A DNA stretch of 64,000 nucleotides from Candidatus Pacearchaeota archaeon (GCA_018303885.1 JAGVXG010000001.1:11746-75745), one strand, 5' to 3'. Shown: positions 9,069 to 18,405, counted from the first letter of the stretch. A program made the numbers and translations. The notes: generated from the sequence alone by a model not told the origin.

Positions 9069-9740
9069 TTAACATCCTCCGACCATACCTCCCCCGCTTG
9101 TTTTACCTTGTTCGATCCCACGATAAAGATTGCTTGCAAGGTTAATGTAATCTGTAGAATCTATTCCATTGGCTTCAAGGGCTTTGGCTTTTTGCTCATG
9201 GACTCCTGGAAAGAAAAGAACTTTCCATTTTCCGAGCTCACTCAAGATTTCTATATCAGTCATGTCAGGATGATTGGTAAGAAGGTATTTTGCCAATCCC
9301 CTCATTGCATAACTGTGCGCGCATCCACAGGCTCTTTGCCCGTTTGTAAATATTATCGATTTAGCGCCACAGCAATACTCGCAACTTATTGAGCCCCCTA
9401 TTCTGATATAACGAGTCATTGTCGCGTTGTCTAACTGCATATCCTCATATGCTGTCAATTTTTGAATTGTCGCATCAGCCAGTCCTGGATTATCTGCAGA
9501 AACATCATCATAACTAACTCCCAATTCTTCACCATAAACAGCCGGCACTCCTTTTGGAATTATGCTAGAGGCAGAAACTTCGCTGATTCCTGTTGCAAGT
9601 CTTGTTTCAGAGTTTCCGTAAGTCTTTCCAAGATTAAATGCTATTACCAAAACCAAAATAGCGATGACGCCTATTTGGAAATAGAGTTCAACATCGGTTT
9701 TTCCCCCTTTCATTTCTTTAGGGTTTTTTTCGTTTTCCAT
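9069..9740 (-). CDS. Membrane-anchored Cys-rich protein ending in -SGGGMVGGC
   Basis: 223 aa; signal anchor; CEYCCGA and ACGCAHS cysteine clusters; same C-terminal tail as the two downstream genes. Confidence 0.55.
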   Translation of the reverse strand: MENEKNPKEMKGGKTDVELYFQIGVIAILVLVIAFNLGKTYGNSETRLATGISEVSASSIIPKGVPAVYGEELGVSYDDVSADNPGLADATIQKLTAYEDMQLDNATMTRYIRIGGSISCEYCCGAKSIIFTNGQRACGCAHSYAMRGLAKYLLTNHPDMTDIEILSELGKWKVLFFPGVHEQKAKALEANGIDSTDYINLASNLYRGIEQGKTSGGGMVGGC

Positions 9741-9802
9741 GATTTATTCAAGAATTAGTTTGTTATAACCGCTTTGGTGAAACTGGTTTCATTGACGAGA
9801 AT

Positions 9803-10285
9803 CTAATCTTTTAGAACAACAATATTATTCATTCCACGCCTTTTTCTTTCAATTAGTTGTTTGGCTTCAAGTTTGTCGAGAAGTCTTGTTGCCTTGACTT
9901 TGCCTATTTCCAGTTTCTCCATAAGAGTTGATTGGAACATTGCATTCCCTTCTTTTAAGATGAGGTCTATGACTTTTCTTTCGTCTTTATCAAGATTCTC
10001 CAAATCTAATTTCCTTTTTCTTTCTTTAACTTTTTTGACAACAATCTTCTCTTTGGGTTTTGTAAATACTAAAACCAATCCAATTATCATTAGAAGACCC
10101 ACTATGCCAAGAGACAGATATGTTTGTTGGTTTATGCCTTCATTCATAGGACAAGAAATTGAATGCTCTTCTGCGGTACAGGTTGAAGCTACTACATCTT
10201 TTAATGCACTCTGAAACAGAAATATTATTCCTATGAGTAAAATAGCAATTCCCATAATCAAAAACCCAACATGCTTATTTTCCAT
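9803..10285 (-). CDS. Membrane-anchored winged-helix transcriptional regulator
   Basis: 160 aa; TM1 - CTAEEHSISCP loop - TM2 - cytoplasmic MarR-like wHTH (ERKVIDLILKEGNAMFQSTLMEKLEIGKVKATRLLDKLEAKQLIER). Confidence 0.55.
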   Translation of the reverse strand: MENKHVGFLIMGIAILLIGIIFLFQSALKDVVASTCTAEEHSISCPMNEGINQQTYLSLGIVGLLMIIGLVLVFTKPKEKIVVKKVKERKRKLDLENLDKDERKVIDLILKEGNAMFQSTLMEKLEIGKVKATRLLDKLEAKQLIERKRRGMNNIVVLKD

Positions 10286-10327
10286 GAATTAGGGTTAAAT
10301 GTTCCGTTTATATACTTTTTTAAAATG

Positions 10328-10963
10328 TCAAGCAGAAGTGAACTCTATGACTATTTCATCGCCATCACGCATTATATGATTTTCAAACTGCTGGCTTTCT
10401 TGCCCATTAACTGACATTTTTAGTGTACTATTGCTTTCAGTGCCGATGCAATTTTCAAATATACAAGTAGAGTTGAAAGTTTTATTCCATATTTGGAAGA
10501 ATTCTCCAATTGTAAAGTCTCTGGCATAAGGCCCTTCAATATGAACTTCTCCTGAAGAATCATGCGTATGCAATGGCCTCATTATTCCTGTTTGAATTCC
10601 TATGTCTGCTGGGATTGGGAAACCCTGATTGTTTATTTTAATTTCTAAGTCTGAATGAATGTGCAATGCTATATTTTTATGGCTTCCAATATTTATCTCA
10701 GAAGCAGGAAGATCATCAAAAGAATTTGAGCTGGTCATTAAAAAATAAACTCCAAAAATAACCAATCCAAGAATTAAAATAAAAATAACCCAGTTCCTGG
10801 TTTTTTTAACCGGAAAGCGTTTCTTATCTTTTGGAACTTTTTCAGGATGTTTTGCTGCGCCATGCATTTCTAAAGCTTCTTTACTGCCGAAAATTCTGTT
10901 GCAAGATTCACATTTGAATGTTTCTTCTTTTGTTTCCATTTGATATGAAATTTTCTGCTTCAC
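10328..10963 (-). CDS. C2H2 zinc-finger, single-pass membrane protein with extracytoplasmic domain
   Basis: 211 aa; N-terminal FKCESCNRIFGSKEALEMHGAAKH (C2H2), then TM, then His-rich beta-type domain. Confidence 0.5.
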   Translation of the reverse strand: MKQKISYQMETKEETFKCESCNRIFGSKEALEMHGAAKHPEKVPKDKKRFPVKKTRNWVIFILILGLVIFGVYFLMTSSNSFDDLPASEINIGSHKNIALHIHSDLEIKINNQGFPIPADIGIQTGIMRPLHTHDSSGEVHIEGPYARDFTIGEFFQIWNKTFNSTCIFENCIGTESNSTLKMSVNGQESQQFENHIMRDGDEIVIEFTSA

Positions 10964-11058
10964 AGGATTTATTTGATTGTGAATAGGAGATACCCTTTAA
11001 TTAATCTGGCTCATTAATTTTACGCTTATTATATTTATTTAAATTTTCTTTGTTTATA

Positions 11059-11418
11059 TTAATTTAGCGGAATCATATCGACAACAAGATATTTACCGTC
11101 AGATGTAGCATAAACAGGAACTTCTTGTCCATCAATATTCAGTGTTATTTTGTAAAGGCTTCCTTCTTTTGATGAAGAGACAAATGTCACATTGCTATCA
11201 GGAGCTTGAGTTACCACAAAATTAAGCACCTTATCTGCAGCTTCTTTTTCACTTACGTCTGAACTCGTTGTTTTTGAAAAGATTCCTGAATTCATTAAGA
11301 TAAAAACTAAAATAAGAACAACCAGTATAACAACGATTGAAACAATCCATTTTACAGGAATTTTAATTGATTCGTTTGAAGTATGCTTCTTTTCTGAATC
11401 CATATTAGTTTTAGTCAA
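11059..11418 (-). CDS. Small membrane-anchored secreted protein
   Basis: 119 aa; N-terminal TM, no recognisable domain. Confidence 0.4.
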   Translation of the reverse strand: MTKTNMDSEKKHTSNESIKIPVKWIVSIVVILVVLILVFILMNSGIFSKTTSSDVSEKEAADKVLNFVVTQAPDSNVTFVSSSKEGSLYKITLNIDGQEVPVYATSDGKYLVVDMIPLN

Positions 11419-11529
11419 AAAACCCTTATTAACCTTTTGTAATTTGATTTGGCTGAATATTCAAAATTAACATTTACTTAGTTTTTATTACCAGAAGAAT
11501 CTACCTTACAATTTTTAATTAAATTAAAA

Positions 11530-12264
11530 TTATTTTATTGAAGCTATTGCTGCTTCAAATTGAGTCCAAGGATAAGCTCCAGAAATCACAGTTGATTTAT
11601 CAGTTTCCGTGTTAACAATCACGAAGAAAGGAGTTCCTTGCCCGCCGGCTGATGTAGCTTGAGCAGTTTCCTTTGATACCTCAGAGGCGAATTTTCCGTT
11701 GTCTAAGCACGCATTAAATTGTGCTGTGTTGAGTCCAAGTTGTGAAGCATAGCCATTTAAATCGGTCACAGTTAATTTTGCTTGATTTTCGAACATCATA
11801 TCATGCATTTCCCAAAACTTTCCTTGCTCACCTGCACACAAAGAAGCTTCTGCGGCTTTCTGTGCATAAGGATGTATTGAATTTAATGGAAACTGTTTGT
11901 AAATAAGATTGACTTCTCCATTTGTGAAGTAACTGCTTGCTTTGAAATCTGCTATAGCACCAGAATATGCTCTCTCGCAAAATGGGCACTGGAAATCAGA
12001 GAATTCCAATATAGTAATTCCCGCGTCTGCGTTTCCCAGGACAGGATCATTATTCTCGATGAGGGCTTTTGCATTTATTGGTGCTTGATCATTTGTTCCG
12101 GTGTCTGTTGTGTCCGTGTTTGTGTTTCCAGAGCTACCATCATTTCTTAAAAGAAAAAATCCTCCTATAATAACTACGGCGAGTAATAAGAAAGTAGCGT
12201 ATTTCCACAAATCGCTTTTCTTTACTGTTATTGTTTTTTCTTCTTCTGACATTTTATAACTCAT
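11530..12264 (-). CDS. DsbA-family thiol:disulfide oxidoreductase, membrane anchored
   Basis: 244 aa; TM anchor; thioredoxin fold with CPFC active site (FSDFQCPFCERAY). Confidence 0.75.
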   Translation of the reverse strand: MSYKMSEEEKTITVKKSDLWKYATFLLLAVVIIGGFFLLRNDGSSGNTNTDTTDTGTNDQAPINAKALIENNDPVLGNADAGITILEFSDFQCPFCERAYSGAIADFKASSYFTNGEVNLIYKQFPLNSIHPYAQKAAEASLCAGEQGKFWEMHDMMFENQAKLTVTDLNGYASQLGLNTAQFNACLDNGKFASEVSKETAQATSAGGQGTPFFVIVNTETDKSTVISGAYPWTQFEAAIASIK

Positions 12265-12464
12265 AGTAAATCTTAAAGGACTTTTATAAATGTTTTGGTG
12301 ACAATTCGCCCGTTCATTTCATTCACTCGTATTAGCTAAATTTGTTAACATAAACTTCCATTAGAAATTATTTTATAACATATACTTATTTTATTATGGT
12401 TTAACTTTTTTATCTTTAGAGCGAGCTTCCTAATTTTAATATCAATAAGAAGCGAGCGACGTAT

Positions 12465-13451
12465 TCAAACAATCCCCTGTTCCAAAACATCGTCCCAAGA
12501 GCGTTCGCCGATTGCAACCATTGCCTCGAGCATTGTTAATATTGGTTTTGGATATTTTGCAAAATCATCCAAGGCAATTCTTGGACATGCTAATTCAACG
12601 AAAGCATCAATGTGGTAAAAATTCATTATTTTATCTGGCGTTAATTCTGACATTGTGATAACGATTGCGTTTTTTCCGGCGTTTCTAAGTTTTTCAAGAA
12701 GCTTTTTAGGATTTCCGAATTTTTGGCCAGGTTTTATCTCAACGATAATCGCGACATTTTTTGCTGCTTTGAATTTTTCAATCGAGAAAAGCCTTTGCTT
12801 TAGAATTTTTTCTTTCAAACCAGCCATGCTTCTGACATCGTCGTTGTAAACATCAATGAGAATTACTGGTTTTGTCAATGCAAGCGTGGCGCCCATTGAA
12901 TGAAATTGATTTCCTATGATGACAAATGCATCTACTTGGTCCTGAATTGCTTTTAATCCACGGTATTCACAGCCAGTTATATGCCCTTCATAGGCATTTG
13001 TTCCTGCTTTTTGTGAAAGCGTGACTTTTTTTCCATTGTCTTCGTAGAATTTTTTTACGTTTTCTATATCATGCCTGTGCTGAATTGAATAAGAAAGTCC
13101 GATTGACTTATACTGCTCGAGATGCGGAAGAGATTTGTTCAAAATAGGGTTTAAATCCAAAATGTCCTGAACTTCCATATAAAGAATTGGGAAATCAACT
13201 TCTATGAATTGCGCATGTCCGAAATGCACCAAAAGGTCGACGCCAAGAGCTTGGGCTTCCTGGACTGCAACAGAACAAGCTCCCCAGCATGTTTCTCCGG
13301 AAAATATGCATTCTATTCCAAGAGATTCTATCCAATTTGAAATTTCAGAAGCATCTCTTTTTATACCTTCTGCTAGCTGAACAAGGACTTTCTTTGGCTT
13401 CCTCTCATTTAGCTCAGAAATAAGTTTTTCCTTTTCAAAATCAAGTGTCAT
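12465..13451 (-). CDS. dph2: Diphthamide biosynthesis enzyme Dph2 (2-(3-amino-3-carboxypropyl)histidine synthase)
   Basis: 328 aa; three-domain radical-SAM-like Dph2 with one conserved Cys per domain (GETCWGAC, HITGCEY, LACPRIALDD). Confidence 0.75.
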   Translation of the reverse strand: MTLDFEKEKLISELNERKPKKVLVQLAEGIKRDASEISNWIESLGIECIFSGETCWGACSVAVQEAQALGVDLLVHFGHAQFIEVDFPILYMEVQDILDLNPILNKSLPHLEQYKSIGLSYSIQHRHDIENVKKFYEDNGKKVTLSQKAGTNAYEGHITGCEYRGLKAIQDQVDAFVIIGNQFHSMGATLALTKPVILIDVYNDDVRSMAGLKEKILKQRLFSIEKFKAAKNVAIIVEIKPGQKFGNPKKLLEKLRNAGKNAIVITMSELTPDKIMNFYHIDAFVELACPRIALDDFAKYPKPILTMLEAMVAIGERSWDDVLEQGIV

Positions 13452-13631
13452 GAAAAAACAGGGGAAGTAAAGGATTAAATATGTTTTGGTTTTATTGGCT
13501 TTGTTTGTTGAACGGTATTTAGTAATTAGATAGCAAACATGTTAATGATCAGTTAAGTGCAAGTTATCTTTGATATAAAATTGGTTTTTATGATAAATAA
13601 GATTTATTAATTAGATTCTAGTTTTTTAACT

Positions 13632-14405
13632 ATGAAAGAAACCGACGAATTTATTCCAAACACTGATCTAGGCCAGCATTTCCTTATTGACAAAAAAGTA
13701 ATAGACAAGGAAATTGCGATTGCTGATTTATCTAAGGAAGATATGGTTATTGAAATTGGTGCTGGCAAAGGTTATTTGACAGAACAGCTGGCTTTGAAAA
13801 GTAAGGAAGTTCTTGCCTTTGAACTGGATCCTAGGATGAATGTTTTTTTAGACGCTCTTGAAAAGAAACATAAAAACTTGAGGGTTGTTTATGGCGATGC
13901 AATGAAGTTTTCCTGGAAAGGATATGATAAAATAGTTTCCAATATTCCTTATTTTTTAGCAGAACCATTGATAAAAAAAGCCATTGAATCAAGTATTGAA
14001 GAAATGATACTCATCGTCGGCGAAAATTTTAAAGGCACAATAACGGAAAACAAAAGCAAAGCAGGAATTACTGTTAACCTTTTCTTTGATTTTACGCCAA
14101 TTGCCATTGTTAAAAAAACTAGTTTTTCCCCAGAGCCGAGAGTTGATTCGTGGCTTATAACTTTAAAACAGAAAACTAAAGTTTCAAAGGAAGAAAGAAT
14201 ACTTCAAAGCATAATATTGAAAAAAGGAAAAATAAAAAATGCAATTATAAATTCTTTAACCTTTGAGAGCGGCTTGACAAAAAAACAAGCAAAAAACCTC
14301 TTAGAGCAAATGCACATTGAAAACTATGTTTTAAACAAACCTGTTGCCAGCATCACTGGAAGATTTTTGGAAAAGGTCAGAGATGGCTTGAAGGAATTGG
14401 CGTAA
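13632..14405 (+). CDS. rsmA: 16S rRNA (adenine1518/1519-N6)-dimethyltransferase KsgA/Dim1
   Basis: 257 aa; LGQHFLID, VIEIGAGKGYLT SAM motif, SNIPY. Confidence 0.8.
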   Translation: MKETDEFIPNTDLGQHFLIDKKVIDKEIAIADLSKEDMVIEIGAGKGYLTEQLALKSKEVLAFELDPRMNVFLDALEKKHKNLRVVYGDAMKFSWKGYDKIVSNIPYFLAEPLIKKAIESSIEEMILIVGENFKGTITENKSKAGITVNLFFDFTPIAIVKKTSFSPEPRVDSWLITLKQKTKVSKEERILQSIILKKGKIKNAIINSLTFESGLTKKQAKNLLEQMHIENYVLNKPVASITGRFLEKVRDGLKELA

Positions 14406-14441
14406 GGTAAGTTTTATAAATCTGGCTTTTATGGGTTTTTT

Positions 14442-15107
14442 ATGGTATTAGATGATAGATTAACATCATTACAACAGCTTCAAACTTTGGAAGTTGGAGA
14501 TGTAGAAAGAGCTATTTCTGATATAGCAAAAACAAAATTAGAAACTGAGCAAGCCATAAGCCTTTTTGAAGGAGAATTACAAAGATATAGGGAATTAATA
14601 GAAGAAAAACTTCCAAGAATAATTGATAACATTGTTACTATGGGAAGTTTTGTTCTTGAGTTGGGTGAATTTTATTTTGAAGATATTATGATACAGAAAA
14701 ATACTACTAAAAGATATAGGGCTGGGTCTAATTTAAGAAGGAGTACAAATCATGGTATAGATTTTTATATAGTATTTGATGAAGATTCTTATGTTCAAGA
14801 TATCGGTCTTCTTGAACAAAGGCTTTATAGAAGACACTGGTATTCTTTTAAAGAAATGGGTTGGGTACCTATTATTAGCGCAAAGACATCTGATGGGTTT
14901 ACAGAAGATTACATAAAATTAGCTATGCCTCCTCTTGAAAGAAGCGGAGGTTTTGTATTAATAAAACTTCCTTTAATTTTAAGCGAAATTCCGGAGATAA
15001 TTAAAAGAGTTTATGAAAGAGTAAAATGGAATGAAGAAAGAAAATTAGGCGAGCTCAAATCAAGAAATGGAGAAGTAGAATCACTGAGCGTTCCAAATTT
15101 TCCTTAA
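14442..15107 (+). CDS. Hypothetical protein
   Basis: 221 aa; no recognisable motif. Confidence 0.45.
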   Translation: MVLDDRLTSLQQLQTLEVGDVERAISDIAKTKLETEQAISLFEGELQRYRELIEEKLPRIIDNIVTMGSFVLELGEFYFEDIMIQKNTTKRYRAGSNLRRSTNHGIDFYIVFDEDSYVQDIGLLEQRLYRRHWYSFKEMGWVPIISAKTSDGFTEDYIKLAMPPLERSGGFVLIKLPLILSEIPEIIKRVYERVKWNEERKLGELKSRNGEVESLSVPNFP

Positions 15108-15115
15108 AATCATTT

Positions 15116-16093
15116 TTAAGTAACCATAACTTTCTCTTTTGTGATATATTCATAGGCGTAATAGGCCGCAGTGCAGCCATCTGCAACGCCTGTTATTAAT
15201 TGCTTGAATGGCTTGTCTGTTACATCACCGGCAGCGTAAACGCCATGAATATTTGTTTCAGAAGTCATGTGGTTGATTTTTATTTCTTTTTTTCCGTTGA
15301 GTTTTACCCCAAGCTGTGCTGATATCTGTGAAAGAGGCTCATGCCCTATGGCAACAAAAACACCATCAAGATTTAACTCGTTTGAACTTTTATATTTTCT
15401 ATCCAATGAAATACCCTTTACAAACTCATCGCCATTTATCTTTGTTAAATTAGTGTTGTTAATTACTTCTATTTTTTTGTTTTTTTCAATTCTTTGTAGA
15501 TTTATTGGCTCTGGATGAATCTCACTGCCGCGATAAATCATATAAACTTTTTTAGCGTATTCTGTTAAAAGCAAAGCATCTTTTGCCGCACTGTCAGAAC
15601 CGCCGATGATAGCGACTGTCTTGCCTTTGTAAAGGGGGGCGTCGCATAAAGCGCAGTAACTTAAACCCATATTTTCAAATTTACTGGAATTTTTGACAGA
15701 ATCAGGAAGTTTGCGCCATCTTGTTCCTGTTGCAAATAAAATCGTTTTTGTCTTGTAGTCTGTTTTTTCTGTTTTAACAATAAAAATGCCTTTTTTCTTT
15801 TTTATTTGCAACGCTTTTCCCCCTTTTACTGAAACTAGATCATAGCTTAATGCATGTTTCTCAATTTCCCTTGCTAATTCTGGGCCAGAAATTTTTGTGA
15901 AGCCAGGATAGTTTTCTACAATATGTGTGGTTGTTATTATACCCCCTATAGGAAGCTCTGTTCCATGAGAATGTCCTAACACAAGAGTTCGCAAACCCAG
16001 CCGGGCAGCGTACATTGCTGCTGCTAAGCCAGTGCCTCCCGCCCCTAAAACAAGAAAATCATAGTTTTTTCCTGTTGATTTTTTCTTTGACAT
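15116..16093 (-). CDS. trxB: Thioredoxin-disulfide reductase (TrxR)
   Basis: 325 aa; FAD site DFLVLGAGGTGLAAA, redox CALC (LSYCALCDA), NADPH site AIIGGSDSA, HGVYAAGDV. Confidence 0.85.
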   Translation of the reverse strand: MSKKKSTGKNYDFLVLGAGGTGLAAAMYAARLGLRTLVLGHSHGTELPIGGIITTTHIVENYPGFTKISGPELAREIEKHALSYDLVSVKGGKALQIKKKKGIFIVKTEKTDYKTKTILFATGTRWRKLPDSVKNSSKFENMGLSYCALCDAPLYKGKTVAIIGGSDSAAKDALLLTEYAKKVYMIYRGSEIHPEPINLQRIEKNKKIEVINNTNLTKINGDEFVKGISLDRKYKSSNELNLDGVFVAIGHEPLSQISAQLGVKLNGKKEIKINHMTSETNIHGVYAAGDVTDKPFKQLITGVADGCTAAYYAYEYITKEKVMVT

Positions 16094-16096
16094 TTT

Positions 16097-16306
16097 TTAT
16101 TTTTTATATTGTATAATTAGCCTATTTAGATATTTAATAAGTGGTAGTCTCCAATTTTTCTTAAGTTGTGTTTTAATTAATTTAACAATTTCCTTATCTT
16201 TTTTATTTAATTTATGATTTTCTAGCTTTTTAACCTTAGATAATATAACTAAGTCACTTTTATCCTTTAAAATATAATTCTTTTTTTCATAATCTGTAAT
16301 TTTCAT
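16097..16306 (-). CDS. Lys-rich hypothetical small protein
   Basis: 69 aa; low complexity; sits between grx and trxB. Confidence 0.25.
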   Translation of the reverse strand: MKITDYEKKNYILKDKSDLVILSKVKKLENHKLNKKDKEIVKLIKTQLKKNWRLPLIKYLNRLIIQYKK

Positions 16307-16539
16307 CTTATTTTCAAAGCTTTTTTCAAAGCCCCCTCATTATAGCCAACAATTATTTTTCCATTGATGTCGATAACAGGAACGCCCATTTGGCCAGACT
16401 TATGGATCATTTCCATTGCTGCTTTTCTATCTGAGCCGACATCTAATTCTGTGAATTTGACTTTGTGAGATGTTAAAAATTCTCTTGCTTTAGCACACCA
16501 AATACATGTTTCTGTTGAATAAATTTTGACATTAACCAT
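16303..16539 (-). CDS. Glutaredoxin-like protein (NrdH/Grx family)
   Basis: 78 aa; CIWC active site, thioredoxin fold (VKIYSTETCIWCAKAREFL...GVPVIDINGK). Confidence 0.7.
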   Translation of the reverse strand: MVNVKIYSTETCIWCAKAREFLTSHKVKFTELDVGSDRKAAMEMIHKSGQMGVPVIDINGKIIVGYNEGALKKALKIR

Positions 16540-16591
16540 TTCTTTAATAACAAGGAATAAGTTATAAATTTAACTTATTAAAAACTTTTAA

Positions 16592-17482
16592 ATGAGTTCT
16601 CCCTTTGTATCAATAGGAGAAAAGAGGAGAATGACTTATTACTTTCCGGTTCTTGGCGCTTTGGCTTTGGCTGCAGGAACAATTTTAGAACGGCTTGTGT
16701 TGAAAAAAAGAAAAGTAGACATCAAACTTTATCAGGTTGCTTCTTTTCTTGCAATAGTCGTTTCTATGCTTCCTCTTATTTATTTTTTCTGGAGAATCGA
16801 CGCTCCTGCACTTGAAATAAAAAACATCATAGTTCTTCTTGCTGTTGTTCTATTTTCAATTTTTGCAAATCTTTTGGTTTTTTATTCCATGAAATGGGAA
16901 AAAGTTACAAATCTTGAGCCGGCAAGGGTTTTAGAGCCTTTATTCGTGATTATTCTTGCAATCGTCTTTAGTTTTTTTGCCGAGGGGCTTTATGAGAGAA
17001 ATATCAGGATAATTGTGCCTGCGTTAATTGCCGGGCTCGTGTTAGTACTGACGCACTTTAAAAAAGACCATTTAGAATTCAATAAGTATTTTATTGCGGC
17101 GATTGCCGGAAGTTTTTTCTTTGCTTTGGAGCTTGTGGTTTCTAGACTGATTCTCGATTACTACTCGCCGCTAAGTTTTTATTTTTTGCGAAGCTCATCG
17201 ATTTTTTTGATTAGCTGGGCTATTTTCAGGCCAAAGTTTGGAAACTTAAGCACTAAAGTTAAATGGGAGATTTTTCTGACAGGTGTCGTATGGGTTGTTT
17301 ACAGAGTTGTGGTTTACTACGGGTATCTGAATATAGGAGTAGTATTCACGACGCTTCTTCTTATGCTTGCTCCAGTGCTAATTTACGTTTTTGCACACTT
17401 TTTCCTCAAGGAGAAAATGAGCTGGAAGAACTTTGTTGCCAGCATTGTTATTGTTGGCTCTGTTGGTTATGTTATATTTTGA
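16592..17482 (+). CDS. EamA/DMT-family membrane transporter
   Basis: 296 aa; about 10 TM in two repeats; start may be internal (MTYYFP). Confidence 0.5.
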   Translation: MSSPFVSIGEKRRMTYYFPVLGALALAAGTILERLVLKKRKVDIKLYQVASFLAIVVSMLPLIYFFWRIDAPALEIKNIIVLLAVVLFSIFANLLVFYSMKWEKVTNLEPARVLEPLFVIILAIVFSFFAEGLYERNIRIIVPALIAGLVLVLTHFKKDHLEFNKYFIAAIAGSFFFALELVVSRLILDYYSPLSFYFLRSSSIFLISWAIFRPKFGNLSTKVKWEIFLTGVVWVVYRVVVYYGYLNIGVVFTTLLLMLAPVLIYVFAHFFLKEKMSWKNFVASIVIVGSVGYVIF

Positions 17483-18405
17483 GAGGTTAGAGGAATAGAA
17501 GACCTTATTTGAGATTCAATGATTTCTCTTGCTTTTGATGAGATTCCCCAACGGTTCCTAGAATCAAATTGAGAACTATCATAATCCAAACGTAACTCAT
17601 TAAGCCCAGTTACATAATAAACTCTTATATTATTTTTTTTAGTTGCTGAATCAATAACACCCCTGTACACAGATTTATCTGGATAAGTTAGATAAGATAA
17701 GGTATTGAACAAAATTCTTCTTATATTAGAATTCCTAGTTAAAATACTACAAGATTTGCTTTCACTAACAGAGAGATAAAGTGCTGTAGCAATAAGCTGT
17801 TCACTTGTGTGGAAATCTTCTACTTTTTTTGGACCTCTATTAGGATGATAAACTTTCTCATAATCCACTTTTGCGCCAGTATTTTCTGTTACGCTTAAAA
17901 CAATTCTTTCCAGAAAATTGTATTTTTCATTATTTCTACGCGCGAGTTCGGACCTTTTAGATTGCTGATAAGACACGTGCAACAAGTTACATAACTCGTT
18001 TAACATAACCTTTTCTACTGATTCATTTTCAGAGTGATCTGTAAATCTTTTTCCGCTCCGTCTTAGAGATCTTTTTTCTTCTCCTAACAAAAAACTTATT
18101 TTATCTGAAAGAATATTTACAATGGTAAGAATTTCAGATGAAACCCCACTTACAACAAATGTTTTTGGGTGTGCCAAGAGATTGAGAGAGGATTTTGTGT
18201 ATTCAATCTGCCTTTGTATTGAATTAAAATCAAGTTCTGAAAATCGGTGTATTGGATAGATAAAATCCCAATACCAATCACTACCTTTTCCTTGACCAAA
18301 AGTAGAATTATCACAGAGAACATAGTCTGCTTGCTGAAGAACACTCTGAAGAGTTAATGTTGTTTTTCCTTGGTTTTGCTGCTGTTGACTAATCTCAGAA
18401 CTCAT
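17467..18405 (-). CDS. Hypothetical protein (downstream of thermosome)
   Basis: 312 aa; starts 11 nt inside thermosome 3' end; no motif recognised. Confidence 0.45.
   Translation of the reverse strand: MSSEISQQQQNQGKTTLTLQSVLQQADYVLCDNSTFGQGKGSDWYWDFIYPIHRFSELDFNSIQRQIEYTKSSLNLLAHPKTFVVSGVSSEILTIVNILSDKISFLLGEEKRSLRRSGKRFTDHSENESVEKVMLNELCNLLHVSYQQSKRSELARRNNEKYNFLERIVLSVTENTGAKVDYEKVYHPNRGPKKVEDFHTSEQLIATALYLSVSESKSCSILTRNSNIRRILFNTLSYLTYPDKSVYRGVIDSATKKNNIRVYYVTGLNELRLDYDSSQFDSRNRWGISSKAREIIESQIRSSIPLTSQNIT

Noticed and set aside
3601-10214. Antisense ORFs inside cop-island genes (3601..3783, 4903..5190, 5783..5992, 6852..7037, 7595..7843, 7879..8139, 8967..9392, 9462..9758, 9861..10214)
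   Set aside because: Each is embedded opposite a better-supported gene that has domain evidence or a TM-plus-motif architecture, and none shows a recognisable motif of its own.
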